From positions 19,096,001 to 19,160,000 of the forward strand of contig OX597816.1 in the NCBI GenBank assembly GCA_951406725.2: a stretch of 64,000 nt of DNA, given 5' to 3'. Position numbers and translations under genes: made by a program. How positions within the stretch are numbered: position 1 is the first letter of the stretch; every line of letters starts with the position of its first letter. The notes beneath the pieces were generated by a model. That model was not told the DNA's origin. It searched no databases and saw nothing but the letters and a program-made list of their open reading frames with translations. This DNA comes from Octopus vulgaris. Lineage: Eukaryota. Positions 35,484-50,362 of the stretch are shown in pieces.

Positions 35484-38320
35484 GGTATTGAACAACACCC
35501 ATATGGACGCCGAGGTGAAAATAAAAGATTTCACCATTGTTCGTGCGGATCGCACAGGCCGAAATAAGGGAGGGACAGACATCTTTATCCATGACTCCTT
35601 TTCACTTGATGCCAAGGACATATTTTCCAATGGCTACTGTGAATCGGTATCACTATTCAGCAAGGCCAAGGACATAATCATTGTTGGTCTTTACAGGGCT
35701 CCCCAGGCACCTCTAAAGTGCTTTGAAGAGTGCCTTAGCAAAGTCAAGTCCTTCCTTCGGAAGTACCACTCCGGATACATACTAGTGATGGGTGATTTTA
35801 ACCTCCCTCATGTGAACTGGCCCACAAATACTCTGACGTTAGGCAAGTGCTCTACATCAGATAGAGCAGCAGCATAACTGCTCTTTAATCTGATGGATGA
35901 ATACTTCCTGACTCAGCTAGTGCTCGAACCAACGAGGCAGGATATAACAACCTTGGATCTGGTATTTACCAATCACTCTAGCTTCGTTCACAGTATTTCA
36001 GTTGAAAAAACTCTCCTCTCAGACCAATTTTAATTCCCGACATATAAAAACCAAACCAGCCAATCCCACTCCATGGCACCCATTTGACAACATAAACTTC
36101 CACAAAGCGGACTGGGGAGCAATTAGAAAAGATCTGCCTTCCATCGACTGGTCTTTTACCCTCAATTTGACCCATATTGAGACCGCGTGGCAGCAATTTG
36201 AAAACATTGTCACCTATACATGCTCTAAACACGCTCCCACGAAATCTACTAACACAAACAGAAACCGGCTCCCTAAAAAGAAAAAAACACTCATCAGGCG
36301 CATCAAAAGACTCAACAAAAAAATCAACTAATTAAAATATTCCAACACACAACATCCATATTCAACAACAAAGAAAAGGCTAGAGCTGGAAAAACTTCAT
36401 CTGCAGACCGACATGAAAACCTCCATTGAAAATCAAAGAGCTGTGGAGGAACAGTGGGTAATCAAAAACATCAAACAGAACCCAAAACTGTTCTATTCTT
36501 ATGCAAATAAGCATAGAACCAGTGTCCACCCATTGGGCCAATGATTGATGATAACGGCATTCCCCAACACGATGCTAAAGAAATGGCAGAAATACTGCAG
36601 AAACAATAATTCTCTGTCTTTAGTGTTCCCAATGACATTGACGTAAGAGAAGCGAACGAAGATGACTCCCAACATAAAATCTCAGACATAACCTTCACTG
36701 CCACTGACATCGTAGCAGCAATAAACGAGGTCACATACTACTCTGCTGTAGGCCCTGATAGATTTCCCCGCTAGTCTCCTGAAGGAAATTAGACACCAAC
36801 TTGCAGTCCCTCTGACCAACCTCTGGAGAAATTCGTTAGATGCAGGTTATATACCGAAACAGTTTCTATCCCAGTCAGTCATCCCGGTTGACAGGGAAAC
36901 AGGGAAACAGATCACTCGCAGTCAACTATCGCCCAATCTCACTCACCTGCCACATCATTAAAGTGTTTGAAAGAGTGTTAAGATCAAGGATAGCTGACTT
37001 CCTGGAGACCCACAAACTCCTAAATGCAAATCAGCATGGCTTTCGCTGTGGCAGGGACTGTCTAACGCAGATCTTACCCAACATTGAAGATGTACTCAAA
37101 GCCTTGGGAACAGGTTCGAACTCTGACGTCATATATCTTGACTTCAGTAAAGCGTTCGACAGGGTAGACCATAATATCCTACTCTCAAAATTGGCAAATG
37201 TTGGAATCCGTGGAAAAGTTCTACACTGGATTAAGTATTTCCTGGCGAATAGAACACAACATGTTGTAGTTGATGGAGTCCACTCAAGCCCAGCAAAAGT
37301 CACCAGCGGTGTTCCCCAGGGGACTGTCTTGGGTCTGCTACTCTTCATAATTTACATAAACGACCTTTCCAGTGTCGTACATTACTGCAAAGTGAAAATA
37401 TTTGCTGATGACACTAAGCTCCAGCAAATCGTCAATGAAGAAGCAGAACGAACTCAACTCCAGTCTGATCTATATGCTGTGAGTCAATGGGCAGACAGAA
37501 ACAAAATGCAACTGAACGAGGGAAATTTTGAGCTGATGCATTTTGGAAGAAAAATCTCACTAAAACAGCCATACTCTCTTCCTTCAGGAGAACCGCTCAC
37601 AGCCTCTAGCAATATCAGAGACCTGGGTGTAATTGATAATGACGATTTCATTTGGAGTGCACACATCAACAAGAAGGTCGATATAGCTCGTAGGATGAGT
37701 TCCTGGATCTTAAGAACTTTCCGGTCCTGAGAACAAGGTGTCATCATACCACTTTTCTCCTCCTTTGTACGATGACACCTTGAATATTGCTGTCCACTGT
37801 GGTCTCCCCATACAAGACAAAACATCTCCAGGTTTAAGTCGCCCCAGAGGGCACTCACTAAACTAATTGAAGGCATGGCTGCTCTCGATTATTGGGATCG
37901 CCTTAAGGCCTTGAAACTTTACTCTCTCCAGCGTCGCCGTGAGCGGTACATCATTTGTACGATGTGGAGAATATACCGCCAACTTTGCCCAAACGACATA
38001 AACATTAGCTTCAAGGTTCATCCAAGACTGGGACCACAGGCCATACGTCCCCTGCCCAATTCAAGATCACAGCGAGAGATCAAAGAGGAAAAGGATCCCA
38101 TCAACTTTAAACGGAGTCTGGATAGAATCCTTCAAAGAATACCAGATAAGCCACCCATAATTGGATACAACTCACCCAACAAGAACTCACTACTTGAATG
38201 GACCATAAACCAAACTTGACTTAAACAGGATTCGAATAATCCTATCAGGTGGTGCTATTAAGTTAGACATGGCCTTGGACCAATCTTTGGTCGAAACATA
38301 TCTAGGTTTATCTAAGTTTA
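35484..38320 (+). mobile_element. 5'-truncated CR1-group LINE (APE plus RT ORF2 broken by stops and frameshifts)
   Basis: APE motifs (RADR..KGG, LYRAP, MGDFN, EPTR, LDLVFT, SD); RT motifs (NYRPISLT, QHGF, YLDFSKAFDRVDH, SGVPQGTVLG, FADD, RDLGV); 3' stem-loop gacca/tggtc and a (tatctaRgtt)2 tail running into (TA)n. Confidence 0.95.
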
Positions 38321-38435
38321 TATATATATATATACATCATAACAAGAATAAACGTGTATATGCGTGTGTCTATGTTGCATGTGTTTATGTGTGTGTGTGT
38401 GCATTTGTGCGAGTTAAATTAAAAATACATTTCTA

Positions 38436-38596
38436 TAGGAGTGGGTGTGTGGTAAGTAGCTTGCTAACGAACCACATGGTTCCGGGTTCAGTCCCACTGC
38501 GTAGCAACTTGGGCAAGTGTCTTCTACTATAATCTCGGGCCGACCAATGCCTTATGAGTGGATTTGGTAGACGGAAACTGAAAGAATCCAGTCGTA

Positions 38597-38649
<53 letters not shown>

Positions 38650-38872
38650 ATGTATGTGTATGTGTGGGTGTATGTTTGTGTCTGTGTTTGTCCCCCCCAA
38701 CATCGCTACTGGTGTTTACGTTCCCGTCCCGTAGCGATTCGGCAAAAGAGAACGATAGAATAAGTACTAGGCGTACAACGAATAAGTCCTAGGGTTGATT
38801 TGGTAGACTAAAGGTGGTGATCAAGTATGGCCACATTTAAATGACTCAAACAAGTAAAAGAGTAAAAGAGTA
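38436..38872 (+). mobile_element. SINE family A
   Basis: Head 'taggagtgggtgtgtggtaagtagc' to '(gagtaaaa)n'. Confidence 0.9.
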
Positions 38873-40865
38873 TGAAAATATTAAATCAAAGAAAAACTCG
38901 GCTGCCTGTTCACTGTACCTAGATTGGTAAAATGGTAAGAAATTGTCGAAGAAAAGAAACTTATTTCATGCTACAGCACTTCATATTGATAGAGTAACGC
39001 AATTATATTATTAAGTTGGCAGAATGCCTTTTTAACACCAATGAATATTTCTCAAGTTGCGCTTCGTTGCCCTTAGTCAAAACTCATATGCATGTAACGA
39101 TGTCTTAATTTCAATTTGTTTATCATGTACGACTTATTTGTTCTAGTGACACTTATTGTGTTAAACTGACAAACATACTCATTCAAGAAAAGATGTATTT
39201 ATAGCATAACTGTTTATGAAGCGAGAGAAAAAAAATTTCAAAATAGTGTTGTCTAAGTATGAATCAATATCTTGTTATACACTATTCGCGTTCATTCGCA
39301 AAGTATCACTATCTATAACTTTGCGATCTTTTTATCTTTCGTCCTCACCAATGGGTGAATGATATTCTTGAGGTCAGCACTTTCTTTACAACAACCAATT
39401 CCATACCTTTATACAAATCCAATTTTCGGTCAACTGAATCATGCTTAATCTGACGATAAAATACCATTCTACACAGTAGTTTGAGTTGTAACAGTTTATG
39501 ACTCGAATACTACGGTATTATGATTATCAAAAAGTGGAAGTGTAACGCATGGACACAAGTTATGTGAGGAATGATTTATTGATTTCTGTTATTTGATCTA
39601 TCTTATACATAAATAAAGAAGTATCATTGTGTATATGTCGCTAAAATCAGTGCCGTGGGAAAATTTAGAAGATAAAAAGTAGTCAAATCTAAAGAGAGTT
39701 ACTTCTGTTTGATAATTTAATTTAGTAACGATTTCCGAAAAGAAACAAGCATAAATCGCTGCGAGTGTACAAAAACTGAAATTTATAAACGGAACATTAT
39801 AGAATAAATGTACAGCTTGAGGCTTAAATTCATATTTAAGCCATTTTATCTCTAGTATTATTTTTAAAATGTTGTATAATGTATGTCACGTGTACTACCG
39901 TAATAAGAATAATAGTGTACAAAATCCCAGTCGACATTTCAATATTGTAAATGTAGGAAAATTAGGTGTTCACTGAGGTATCAATTTGCAGGTATGAGGA
40001 ACAAACAAACACACACATACATACGAATCGTACCACACGCGTGTGTGTGTATACATGCGTCTGTGTAACATTTTATGTATGTGTGTGTATACGCACAGAC
40101 GGGTGCATGTTTAATTTAAATAGTAGGATCGTATCTAAATCATGTTGCTTTATGTTCCTTTCTTTCGGCAGTTAAGGAATTCACACAGCTTAAAGGTGTA
40201 AAAAAAAACACATTGGGGTGATCGTGTTTAATGTGAGCATTATCTCTAAGTTTTCTTAATTTCAAAACATTTTTTGGATTTCCCTGTTTACAATAATGAA
40301 GACTGCGAATTTATCACTGAAGCAAGTGTTCAAAATCTGAAAAACACCTGAGTCTATTTTTTCTCTTTTTCAATTGTTTGTTGCTCTTTCCACTAGATGC
40401 AATATACATCACGATTCTCTCAAAGAAACATACAAAATTTTCAATTTAAAAAACAAATATCTTCCATTTCTTTTGAAGATTTCCCACCGCCACAATATCT
40501 TAAATTCAACATCTCATTTACAAGCGCTTGAATGCTCGTTTAATGAGGGGAAGATATCGGGGAATGAGGCCTCATTATACATTTACTCGCCATACTAAGA
40601 TAATAAGCAAGTTGGCTCATTTTTTACTCCTCAGCAATAAATCTCATTCGGATTACATTATACCCTCAATGGTACTTTTATGTAACTGAATTTTGTTAAT
40701 TTATCAAATTTAGTTTTAATAATGATAAGATATTTTGCACAATTTCCATGCTTTCATTCTTTATAATTCTGAATTTCGATTTGGTAATGGGGGATATATG
40801 AAAGTGTTACCACTAAGATGTGTTAATTACTTGGAAAATACGAATGCAGGTTTGTTAATATCATG

Positions 40866-41195
40866 GATGGAAGCACTCCGTCGGTTACGACGACGAGGGT
40901 TCCGGTTGATCCGAATCAACGGAACAGCCTGCTCGTGAAATTAACGTGTAAGTGGCTGAGCACTCTACAGACACGTGTACCCTTAACGTAGTTCTCGGGG
41001 ATATTCAGCGTGACACAGAGAGTGACAAGGCCGGCCCTTTGAAATACAGGTACAACAGAAACAGGAAGTAAGAGTGAGAGAAAGTTGTGGTGAAAGAGTA
41101 CAGCAGGGATGACCACCATCCCCTGCGGGAGCCTCGTGGAGCTTTGGGTGTTTTCGCTCAATAAACACCCACAAACCCCGGTCTGGGAATCGAAA
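40866..41195 (-). mobile_element. 5'-truncated OR-type SINE with a different 3' tail
   Basis: Shares 'gagcctcgtggagcttt.ggtgttttcgctcaataaacac...ccggtctgggaatcgaaa' with 25590-25868; the distal part is unrelated. Confidence 0.85.
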
Positions 41196-44100
41196 TGTTA
41201 ATATCATAACTAATTGTAGAAAACATTGGAAAATTAAAATTAGAAACTTAACGATATTAGAGCTGAAACCTGAATTGGAAAGCAAAATGCTGTGTTTAGG
41301 TTAATTCAAATGTAAAAGAAAACGATGTCTTTAGCTTCTAACTCCTATGAATTCTATATCAAACATATATGTATATACGTATATTTAGTCCTTTTACAAT
41401 AAATTATAGTTCGTGATTAGACGCGGGGCGAGATAAAGCATTAACTTATCTTTATAACTTATCTTTCAAGATTTAAAATTACCCAGCTACGTTTGTTTGA
41501 TGTGCTCCCACTACATCTAAGATGTTATTTACGCATACAAAATATCAGATCATGTCAGGGTGGGACAGTGAATAGGGTGCATTTAAATGAAATGGTAAAA
41601 ATTAAATGGGCAATAGTATCATGTAAGCTCTAAATCTCCACAAAAACACGTGGCATTATTAGGATCTAAGTACATGAACCTTAGAAAATGCAGGAGTCTT
41701 CAGTGTTCCAACCAAACATCTTGTCTTCTAATTCTGCATCAGCTTCCTTTATCTAAAGTACAGAACGTGTAATTTATTCTCCGCAGAATCAGCATAAACC
41801 ACTGCATATTATCGTAATTAGTCACTGAAAATGTAAATGCACCCTAACTAGAACCTAGAAACATGACCCTTAGGAAATTCAACAACCTTCAGTGTTGAGA
41901 TTCTACAATTATTGTCATCAGTTAAGCTTGAGAATCAGCCTCCAAAGGGAAGAATATTTGCTTTCTCTTTTTGCGCTGTCTCAGCATAAACCATTGAATA
42001 TTACTCTTTCACACACGAATTTGCAATGGGGAATAAAATTGGTTATTCACACATATGGACTTTACCAGAATGTTCCACATCAGAAGCTGAGTCTCCATTT
42101 TAAACTTCTCTTAACTATATTTTATATGAACCACACCCACGTTATATTATTTTAATTCACATATTCACATTCTGATTTCAAATGCAATATTTCGCATTTT
42201 TCTAATAGGTGGACACTACTTTTGTACTCTACCATTCCATGTTAACATAGAACATTGTATTTCATGCTCCCACAGTTCCCTTCTTGTATTAAATGTCTGA
42301 TTGTGTATGAGCCTATCTGTGTCTGCATATATATTCGACGTGATATAATATACATTGGAGGATTTAAGAAAATTATTTACAGTTATTACGTGTGAAACAT
42401 TGCCTTTTCCATTCATCCTACAGGAGTCTTCAACGGGATTAAGCAGACACTTGAAGCGAAGCCTTTTGTGTTACCCAGCCAAACCTTTATTATTTCATTC
42501 ATAGAGTGCTCAATGCGTATTTTCTCTGTGCATATATTTATTTATAATCAGTATGAAACGGTCGGTGTAGGAAATGGCAAATATTTCATGTATCTGTGGT
42601 TCTATTCATGATACAGATGACAATCAATCTAGTTGATCCATTTCTTCATCTCACGGTTATTTTCCCTCCATTTCGACCAAACGCAATTATCATGAAGAGG
42701 AGTGTCCCTTGTTTATCTGAGTAAATGCTTATAGCGAACGTTAAGATCTTTTGCACTATTAAACTTGTTCCCATGTAAGCACTCTCCAGCGTGTAATATC
42801 CCTCCATTTTGTTCTGTCGCACACACTGATAATTCATTCATTTTCTGGATATAAACATGCCCTGTATTATGGCATTAATATATGTGTGATTGTGCATAGG
42901 AGAGTTTGGGACTTTAGTAGCATGTATCTATCTATATATTGAAGAGCCTGCATCAGTGAATTTCTATTCAAATCAATGCAATACAATTTATATTCATTGC
43001 AAGCAAATAAAATGAGACGTAGATTCGGGACCAGTTAAAGTAAATGCATAAATGAAAACGCGATAACCGTTACATAACAAATACACATCGTAAATTATAA
43101 CTGACACACACAGAATACAATCACAAATACAAAATCAACAGGAGAAATTAGAGAATGTCATACATGATCAGCGTGCACTGTTGTCGCAAACGGTAGTATA
43201 CAGGAATGTAACCATTGTAATTCCAAGAGATTACATAGTCTTCATCAGGCTTAACTTCGTATAAAATTTTATTCCATTGACTTCTATTTAGTGAAATTAT
43301 TAGTGATTAGTTATCCCGAATCATCGAATTTGAAGGTGAGACTGGAGTAGATTACATTTAACGCATTATTTGAATCTAATAAACTGGATTTCAATGCTCA
43401 CCGTTTTCGCTGTTGCTGCGAAGATTAAGAGCAGATAACTACTGGATAAGACGAGATGCTAGCACTCCGGACAAAATGCGAGCGGGATATGGTTATAGCT
43501 CTTTATTTTTATGTGGAAAATTACGTTCTGGTCTATGATCTTTGTCATGTTCCCGGTGTCGTTAGGAAATAATAGCCGCTAAATGTTGGAATCGATATAA
43601 ACACCAATTCCCAAATTTAGTTTTATTTACTGGTTTATATGTTAGAAATAATTATTTCAGCTTATGATCCTGCCCTCGAACATTTTATTCCGCACCAGCT
43701 AAGCAATAATTAGGATGTATTTTCTCTAAGTGTGAAGCTAATTTACTTACACTGATGTCACTACCAAGAATAAACGTTCGCATTTCTTCACAATAGGTTT
43801 TTGTATTGTTTCCTATGAGATACAAACAAAATGGATGGCTTACAATGCATCTAAATAATTTCCTTTAAATTTTTTTCTTTCGTTTCGTGTTTCTTTACCA
43901 TGCGATATTGAATTATGTTTTGAAACGCTTCTAACTATTGTACATAACGTTCTGCATACATAAAAAAACTACTTCAATATTTACATTACAAAATAAAACG
44001 TAGAGGAAGGGCGAAGAGAAACGGTGATAAAACGTATAAAATATGAAACGCAACAGAGAAAATTAAAGAAATATAAAATACAGATAATATAGTATATCAT

Positions 44101-47100
44101 AACGCATAAATGTTCATGATTTAGAAAACTATATTGCCAAAACTTCGAACGTATATTTTATCCTCAAATGCATAACATCGATTATAATATTTATTTCCAG
44201 TTACCGCACGCTATAAATTTTAATGTGAACTGTTTGGAGTTTCAAATCACAATATTTTTGAAATAAAGAATTGGTTCTCCGAAGACGTGTTGATGATTAT
44301 TTCATTATAAGCCATGAAATAGAAATGCAATCGCATAATACGCAGTTATATATTGATAAGATTATATTGAATCCAATATCTATAACTGAAATTGAAATCT
44401 GTGTATATATTCAACTTAAGATCCTTCCTTGTATTAAAATACGAGATCTTTTACCAAAATGTTTTCATAAATAACTTATGATATGCTGAAACAAATTTTA
44501 CAAAATGGAAAATGGAAGAAAATTAGAGCATGCATAGGTAGAAAAAAATGAAACAAAAAACGGGAGTGATAATATATGTACGTGTGCATTTATTTTCAAA
44601 GAAATACAAAATATACTGTCCAAGTTAATGTAATTTTTTACACGAAACAATAAATGATGAAAATTTAGGAAAAAATCTATCTATCAATCTATCAACAATC
44701 TATCGACGGGTGCAATTTCGTGTTATGTACTGTACATATAATATTTAAACACTATGGCAATTCATCGTAAATTTTATCTGGTTTGACTGAAAACGTATGC
44801 AGGGAAAATGAACCGTCTCCTGCATCAACACCACTCTATTTTTCATGTCTAAAAACTGGCATTTATTCTCATGTGAGTTTAAACATGAACAACACAGGAT
44901 GATTCCGGGTTCAGCTCTTTCTCTTGGAAAGGAACAACAATACCAGCTGTTGTCACGTAATAAATGACCGCCGGCTTCAATGATAAATGTTTGAATTATC
45001 TAGAGAATAGGTAGTAGAGTAAATTGATACAATACAATTGTGCTTACATGTAAATCTAAATGCATCACAAATTCCATTGCCTCCCACATAATTCAGGTCT
45101 GTATAAAAACTCGTTTAAAACATGAGTAATCCAGAACAACTTCCAATTCTTCACCTTGTTGGTGGCTATCTCATCAGAATTTAGTGATCACAAGTCACTC
45201 AGTAATTCTCCCTGAGTCTACCCTCTCATAAGTTCACGGAAACTAATATATTCTACTCTTGCACTGTTATATTTTGCATCGCAAAATGATGTAACATACA
45301 TCGTTATTTACGTTTGGTAACATTAATTCATTCGGCAGATTTCATCACTCCTATCTACCGTGCGCCTCAAACACTTTCGATATGTAATTGCTACTAATCC
45401 ATCCAAATTAGAGCTTAGAACCCTTTCCTAGTGACTCTGTACAGTCCTCCCATTTTATTTAAAAGAAAGCGATCTATTTTCCATTTCTGGAATCGAAAAT
45501 GATTTGATGTCCACCTTCACTAGAATACCTGCAATGTTTTCCTTGCCATTTAATGCAATATAAAACATGAAATTATAATTGTTATAATATCTGTTCTATT
45601 TTTTGTTTGTTTTGCCTTTTCTCTCGTTATTATGTTAATTGTTCATATAAACAGGTTTACTGTTCTTTATGCGATAGGTGTATCTATTCTTGCAGCTGGT
45701 GGAGTTGCTGATGTGTTAGTCGAGATACACGTAATGTCAGCCTGAGCCCTAATGGTACTGGTGTATTTGAGACATTGAATAGCTGATAGCGGATTTCCCT
45801 TATCACATCATTCCTATTCCTCGACAATTCGACATATAGTCCAATCAATAGCAGAGCTAATAACAGCTCGCAAATAAATCTCCTTTCAATATAATAGCAA
45901 ATCTCACTTTATGCAATTATCTTACTTTTAACAAGCAAAACATAACCTACACTATTCCGACGCATTAGGTATCAACTAAATACAAAATAAGTTGTACGAT
46001 ATAAATGGTATTACCATCGCAACTGTGCACAACAAAAACATTAAATAATAGAAACTGGATAATATAAGAATATGTGAAATACACCCAACTCCATCCAACA
46101 TAAATGCCGAGCATAAGATAACGAACCGCAACTAGTACATCGTGAACAACACGTTCAGCCAATACAATAAGCTATAAAATTCATTATATATTAAACCCAA
46201 CTCAATTATAAAACATTAAGAAAAATTAAGAAGCTATGAAACAACGCCCCACCAAAGCTAAACATATCAAATATGACAACAATAGCGGTGAGGAACAAAT
46301 TGGTTTCTAGTTTCTATAATGATCATGACAACGACAGCAGAGATTAAGATGAATATTTGCCCCAATTTCAATTCTAAAATATCTGGAAAATTGTGAGCTT
46401 ATTTACAAATTTCTGGGGAGCCACCTAAAACAATAATCACTCTGACCTCCAATGCAAGTGTCCTTTCCCTGTAGTTCTCTAATTTACATGAGTATGCCCA
46501 GTAAAACGTTCACTGAGACCAGGCCCTCTGCTTTCATCTAGCTTCCAATTAATTTGTTTGGCAGCTGCACATCCGTCTACATTCACAGCTTCCTTTTGAA
46601 ATGAAATTTTAAAATTTCAACACGAACTTGGCTAACGAAGAAAGCGTTTGTCCACCAGACATTTTACTGATGTCCACCAAAAAGATGTTTCGTCAAAATC
46701 AGCAGACAATTATGACAAGTACACTTTGCTAGAGAAACCTCAATAGCAAGCTATATTAAGATTAATCTTACCATTGCTACACAACACGATATCAGAATAA
46801 TGTTAGCTAATGGTTAACAACATTATCATACAAGCCTGAAAAATCGAGGTATTATCACGGCTTGGAGATCGTTTAATGACATACTAAGCATTTACTAAGT
46901 GAAAACACTTCACTTAATTAAATCGTCTCCAATATCAGGCGCACACTGTGACGTCTGTATCTAATATCAAGATATACGTACTGCAAATTAATCACGCTGG
47001 GAGTAGGTAAATAGAAGCTCAAAAGTTGGAACCTGATTGGTATTGTAAAAAACAAATATTAAATACGATAAAATTACCTGTATACATTCAATCAATAAAG

Positions 47101-48383
47101 GAAACATTAGTGTTAATTTTGATGAAAAAATAAGATTAAACGACACGTTTCTTTTTATTTTAAATGAGTACAGAACGGAAATGTAAGCCACAGGAAGAGT
47201 AGAGGGGAAAATATATTGGAAAGAATTACACTGCGCCGGAATGAAAGCCAAAACTGCCTGAAGGATTTGCGGTCTAAAATGAGAATCAAAACAGTTTATT
47301 TTGGCTGCTTGCTAACACCGAATATATATGACGTAATACGAAAATCGGATAATGTAAACAAAATAATGTTTTACATGTAGACAAACATCACAGAACAAAA
47401 TGTTAATTCCAATCAAATTTTTGCTTACACACTGCTTGTGTATACCTAAAGATTATCGACTCAAAGCGATTTATATTCTCCGAATTCTGGCATTGAGTTT
47501 GGGAAAAGAAGGGAAAAGGGCTATAGACACTGTAAATCCGTTCCATTACTTTCTTCCTCGCACGTTAATTTCTTGTTAATATGTGTTTGTAATCTTATCT
47601 AGTGTCTGCAAACATATCAAATCATATACAAGGAATCATATTGTATACAAATACATATGTATCGAATGAACGCTATACGGTTATCATTGTATAATGCTGA
47701 TTGCGATTTACATAATTAATTGTTGCTTAACTTCCAAAACCAGGAAAAACCACAAATATTATTTACTGAAAAATACAGGCTATTAACAGTTCAAAAGTAT
47801 TATAGAGATGAAGAGAAACATCTAGGAATAACATTCAACATTAGCCGACCATTATATTTTCATTCCTACATTATAATACCATTGTACGAAGGAAAACTAG
47901 ACGGGGTCTTCTTTAGTGATCCCTTATAATACCGAAATCTTTAAAAGCCAACAACCAAATTGTAACTGATATTTATTATAAACCGACGAATTCGAAATAT
48001 CTGTATAGCTCATGCCACCCGAAACACATCAAAAGATATATACCCTTTAATTTATCAAAAAGGATTTATACAATAGTGTCTCATGAAAATACCTGCGACC
48101 CTCGTTTTCAATACTTTAGACAAACAATGAGAGACAATATCCACCCTCACTTATAGACGATGGAATTAAGCGTGCCACGGAATTAGATACTGAAATGATA
48201 AAACGTTACACTACATCTCATTTCAAATCACCACTGTTTTTATCAACTCACAAAATTAAAAGAAAAATTTAAAGAAAAGTTTTTTTTAAAGAATATTTGC
48301 ACAGTGTTCAAATACAAGTGGTATTTTCCTTGTTTCTGCCTATCTCTGTTTCTCTTGTTTACTCTCGCGGGTTCGTGGTCCGA

Positions 48384-48493
<110 letters not shown>

Positions 48494-48700
48494 TGTAAAC
48501 AGAAAGGAAGCGAGCACTGAAAGTTTTAAGATGATGAATATTTAAGTATAAATTTCCCTGCTTCATGTTCTGAAATGTGAGATTCTTTTCTACCATGAAG
48601 ATGGAGGCTGGAAGTATTCAAAGTTTATTTGATTTTCCATTATTGGTTGCATATCTTGGGGAGCTGCATCTACCAACACTGTGATACTTCTCTGAGCCAC

Positions 48701-48980
48701 AAGAAACAGCTGTTCGACATATAAGTCCTTGTATATTCCCCTTTCATTTTCTCTGTAGTTTGCACACAATGTAATTTTGAACAATTAATATATAAATATC
48801 TATATATTTAAGCTTATATTTTCATCGTCTACAAATCTTAAGAAACAGCTGTTGGACATATAAAATCTTGTAATCACCCCTTTCGTTTTCTCTGTCGTTT
48901 TTGCTCACTGTAATTTTGATCTATTAATACATAAATGTCGATATATTTATGCTTAAATTTTCATCATCTGCAAATATCTT
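48701..48980 (+). repeat. Diverged 139-bp tandem duplication
   Basis: 'aagaaacagctgtt.gacatataa' at 48701 and 48840, colinear through 'ttttcatc.tct.caaat'. Confidence 0.9.
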
Positions 48981-49030
48981 CAGCCTTTACTTTCTTACTG
49001 TTTATACGTACACATATTATGTTATATTCA

Positions 49031-49243
49031 TACTTCTTTCAGTCATTTGACTGCGGCTATGCTGGAGCAACGCATTTAGTCGAAACCAGCTGTATGCCCC
49101 CGAAAATACTTATCATTTGTAAGCCTAGTATTTATTATATCCATCTCTTTTGCCGAACCGCTAAGTGACGGGGCTGTAACTACGCCAATACTGGCTGTCG
49201 AGCGATGGTGGTGGTGGGGGGACAAACACAAATGCATAGATAC

Positions 49244-49247
<4 letters not shown>
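49031..49247 (-). mobile_element. 3' half of SINE family A
   Basis: 'tttcagtcatttgactgcggc...tttgccgaaccgctaagtgacgggg'; ends at the internal (TA)n. Confidence 0.85.
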
Positions 49248-49318
<71 letters not shown>

Positions 49319-49484
49319 TCGTCGAATAAAGCGTGTGGGATTGTCACTGTTGGTTCCAGTGATATCATGATATCTGCGTCATAAATTCTTTAAATTTTTG
49401 TTTCGATCACAACATCCCGCAACTATGAAAGTAAGTTGTCAAAATATGTTCTGGGAATATGTTCGACTACTGATATATTTATTT

Positions 49485-49705
49485 TTTAATTGAGCACAAG
49501 GGTCTAAAGGTAGAGGGGACAAACAATGACAGATAAATGGTTTCAGTCGATTACATCGACCGCAGTGCGTAACGAGTAATTATTAATCGCCCTCGAAAAG
49601 ATGAAAGGCAAAGTCGACCTCGGCGGAATTTGAACTCATAACGTAATACTAGACGAAATACCGCTAGGCATTTCGCCCGGCGTGTTAACGATTCTGCCAG
49701 CTCTA
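49485..49705 (-). mobile_element. Family-B SINE
   Basis: 'atgaaaggcaaagtcgacctcggcggaatttgaactc...ttctgccagctc'. Confidence 0.88.
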
Positions 49706-49894
49706 GCTGCACTCATCTGTTTGAAATGTATTACAATTATACGATTTTACGCTGATATTTTCTTACATCTGCCAATTTTGTATATATTTATGTGTGCATT
49801 CAAAGATGGTATACTGACGGTTTCTTTCGTGTTGTTGAAAGTGAAACTCAAAATAGCAACTACAAACGATACTCTAGGTCATATACTGCTCGCT

Positions 49895-50362
49895 ATGACC
49901 ATCATCGTTATCATCGTCGACATCATCACCACCGTGATCATCATTATCATCAACCTTATTATGGGTAGAATTAAGAGCAGCAGCAACATCGTCATCAGCA
50001 TGGTCATCATCACCGGTACCAGAGTTGTTTCGGTGACAATTATAGTCATCGTCAAAATCATTACCACCAGTACCACCATCATCATCATCATCATCATCAC
50101 CATCACCATCACCATCACCATCACCATCATAGTCACCATCATCATCATCATCATCATCGTCGTCGTCGTCATCATCATCGTCATCATCTTCCTCCTCGTC
50201 ATCATCACCATCGTCATCACTGCCGTTGTCATCGATGCATCCGTTGTCGTGGCCGACCACAACGTCGCTTTCTTCATCGTCGTCTTTGTTCTCTTAATGA
50301 TTATTTTCTTCATCGCCATCCCTGCTGCCGTCGCCATCGACATTATCGTCATCGTATCAATA
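49895..50362. repeat. Degenerate (CAT/CAC/CGT)n trinucleotide region
   Basis: Source of the poly-I, poly-D and poly-M ORFs. Confidence 0.9.

Noticed and set aside
41357-41372. 14-nt match to miR-190 on the minus strand
   Set aside because: Low-complexity AT sequence, seed mismatch, and no precursor hairpin.
43205-43255. CTGATGA on the minus strand (similar lone cores at ~45172 minus and 54302 plus)
   Set aside because: No correctly placed GAAA with paired stems; expected by chance.
46466-46490. 'tccctgtagttc', resembling miR-10/miR-993 5p
   Set aside because: Short match with no complementary 3' arm to form a precursor hairpin.
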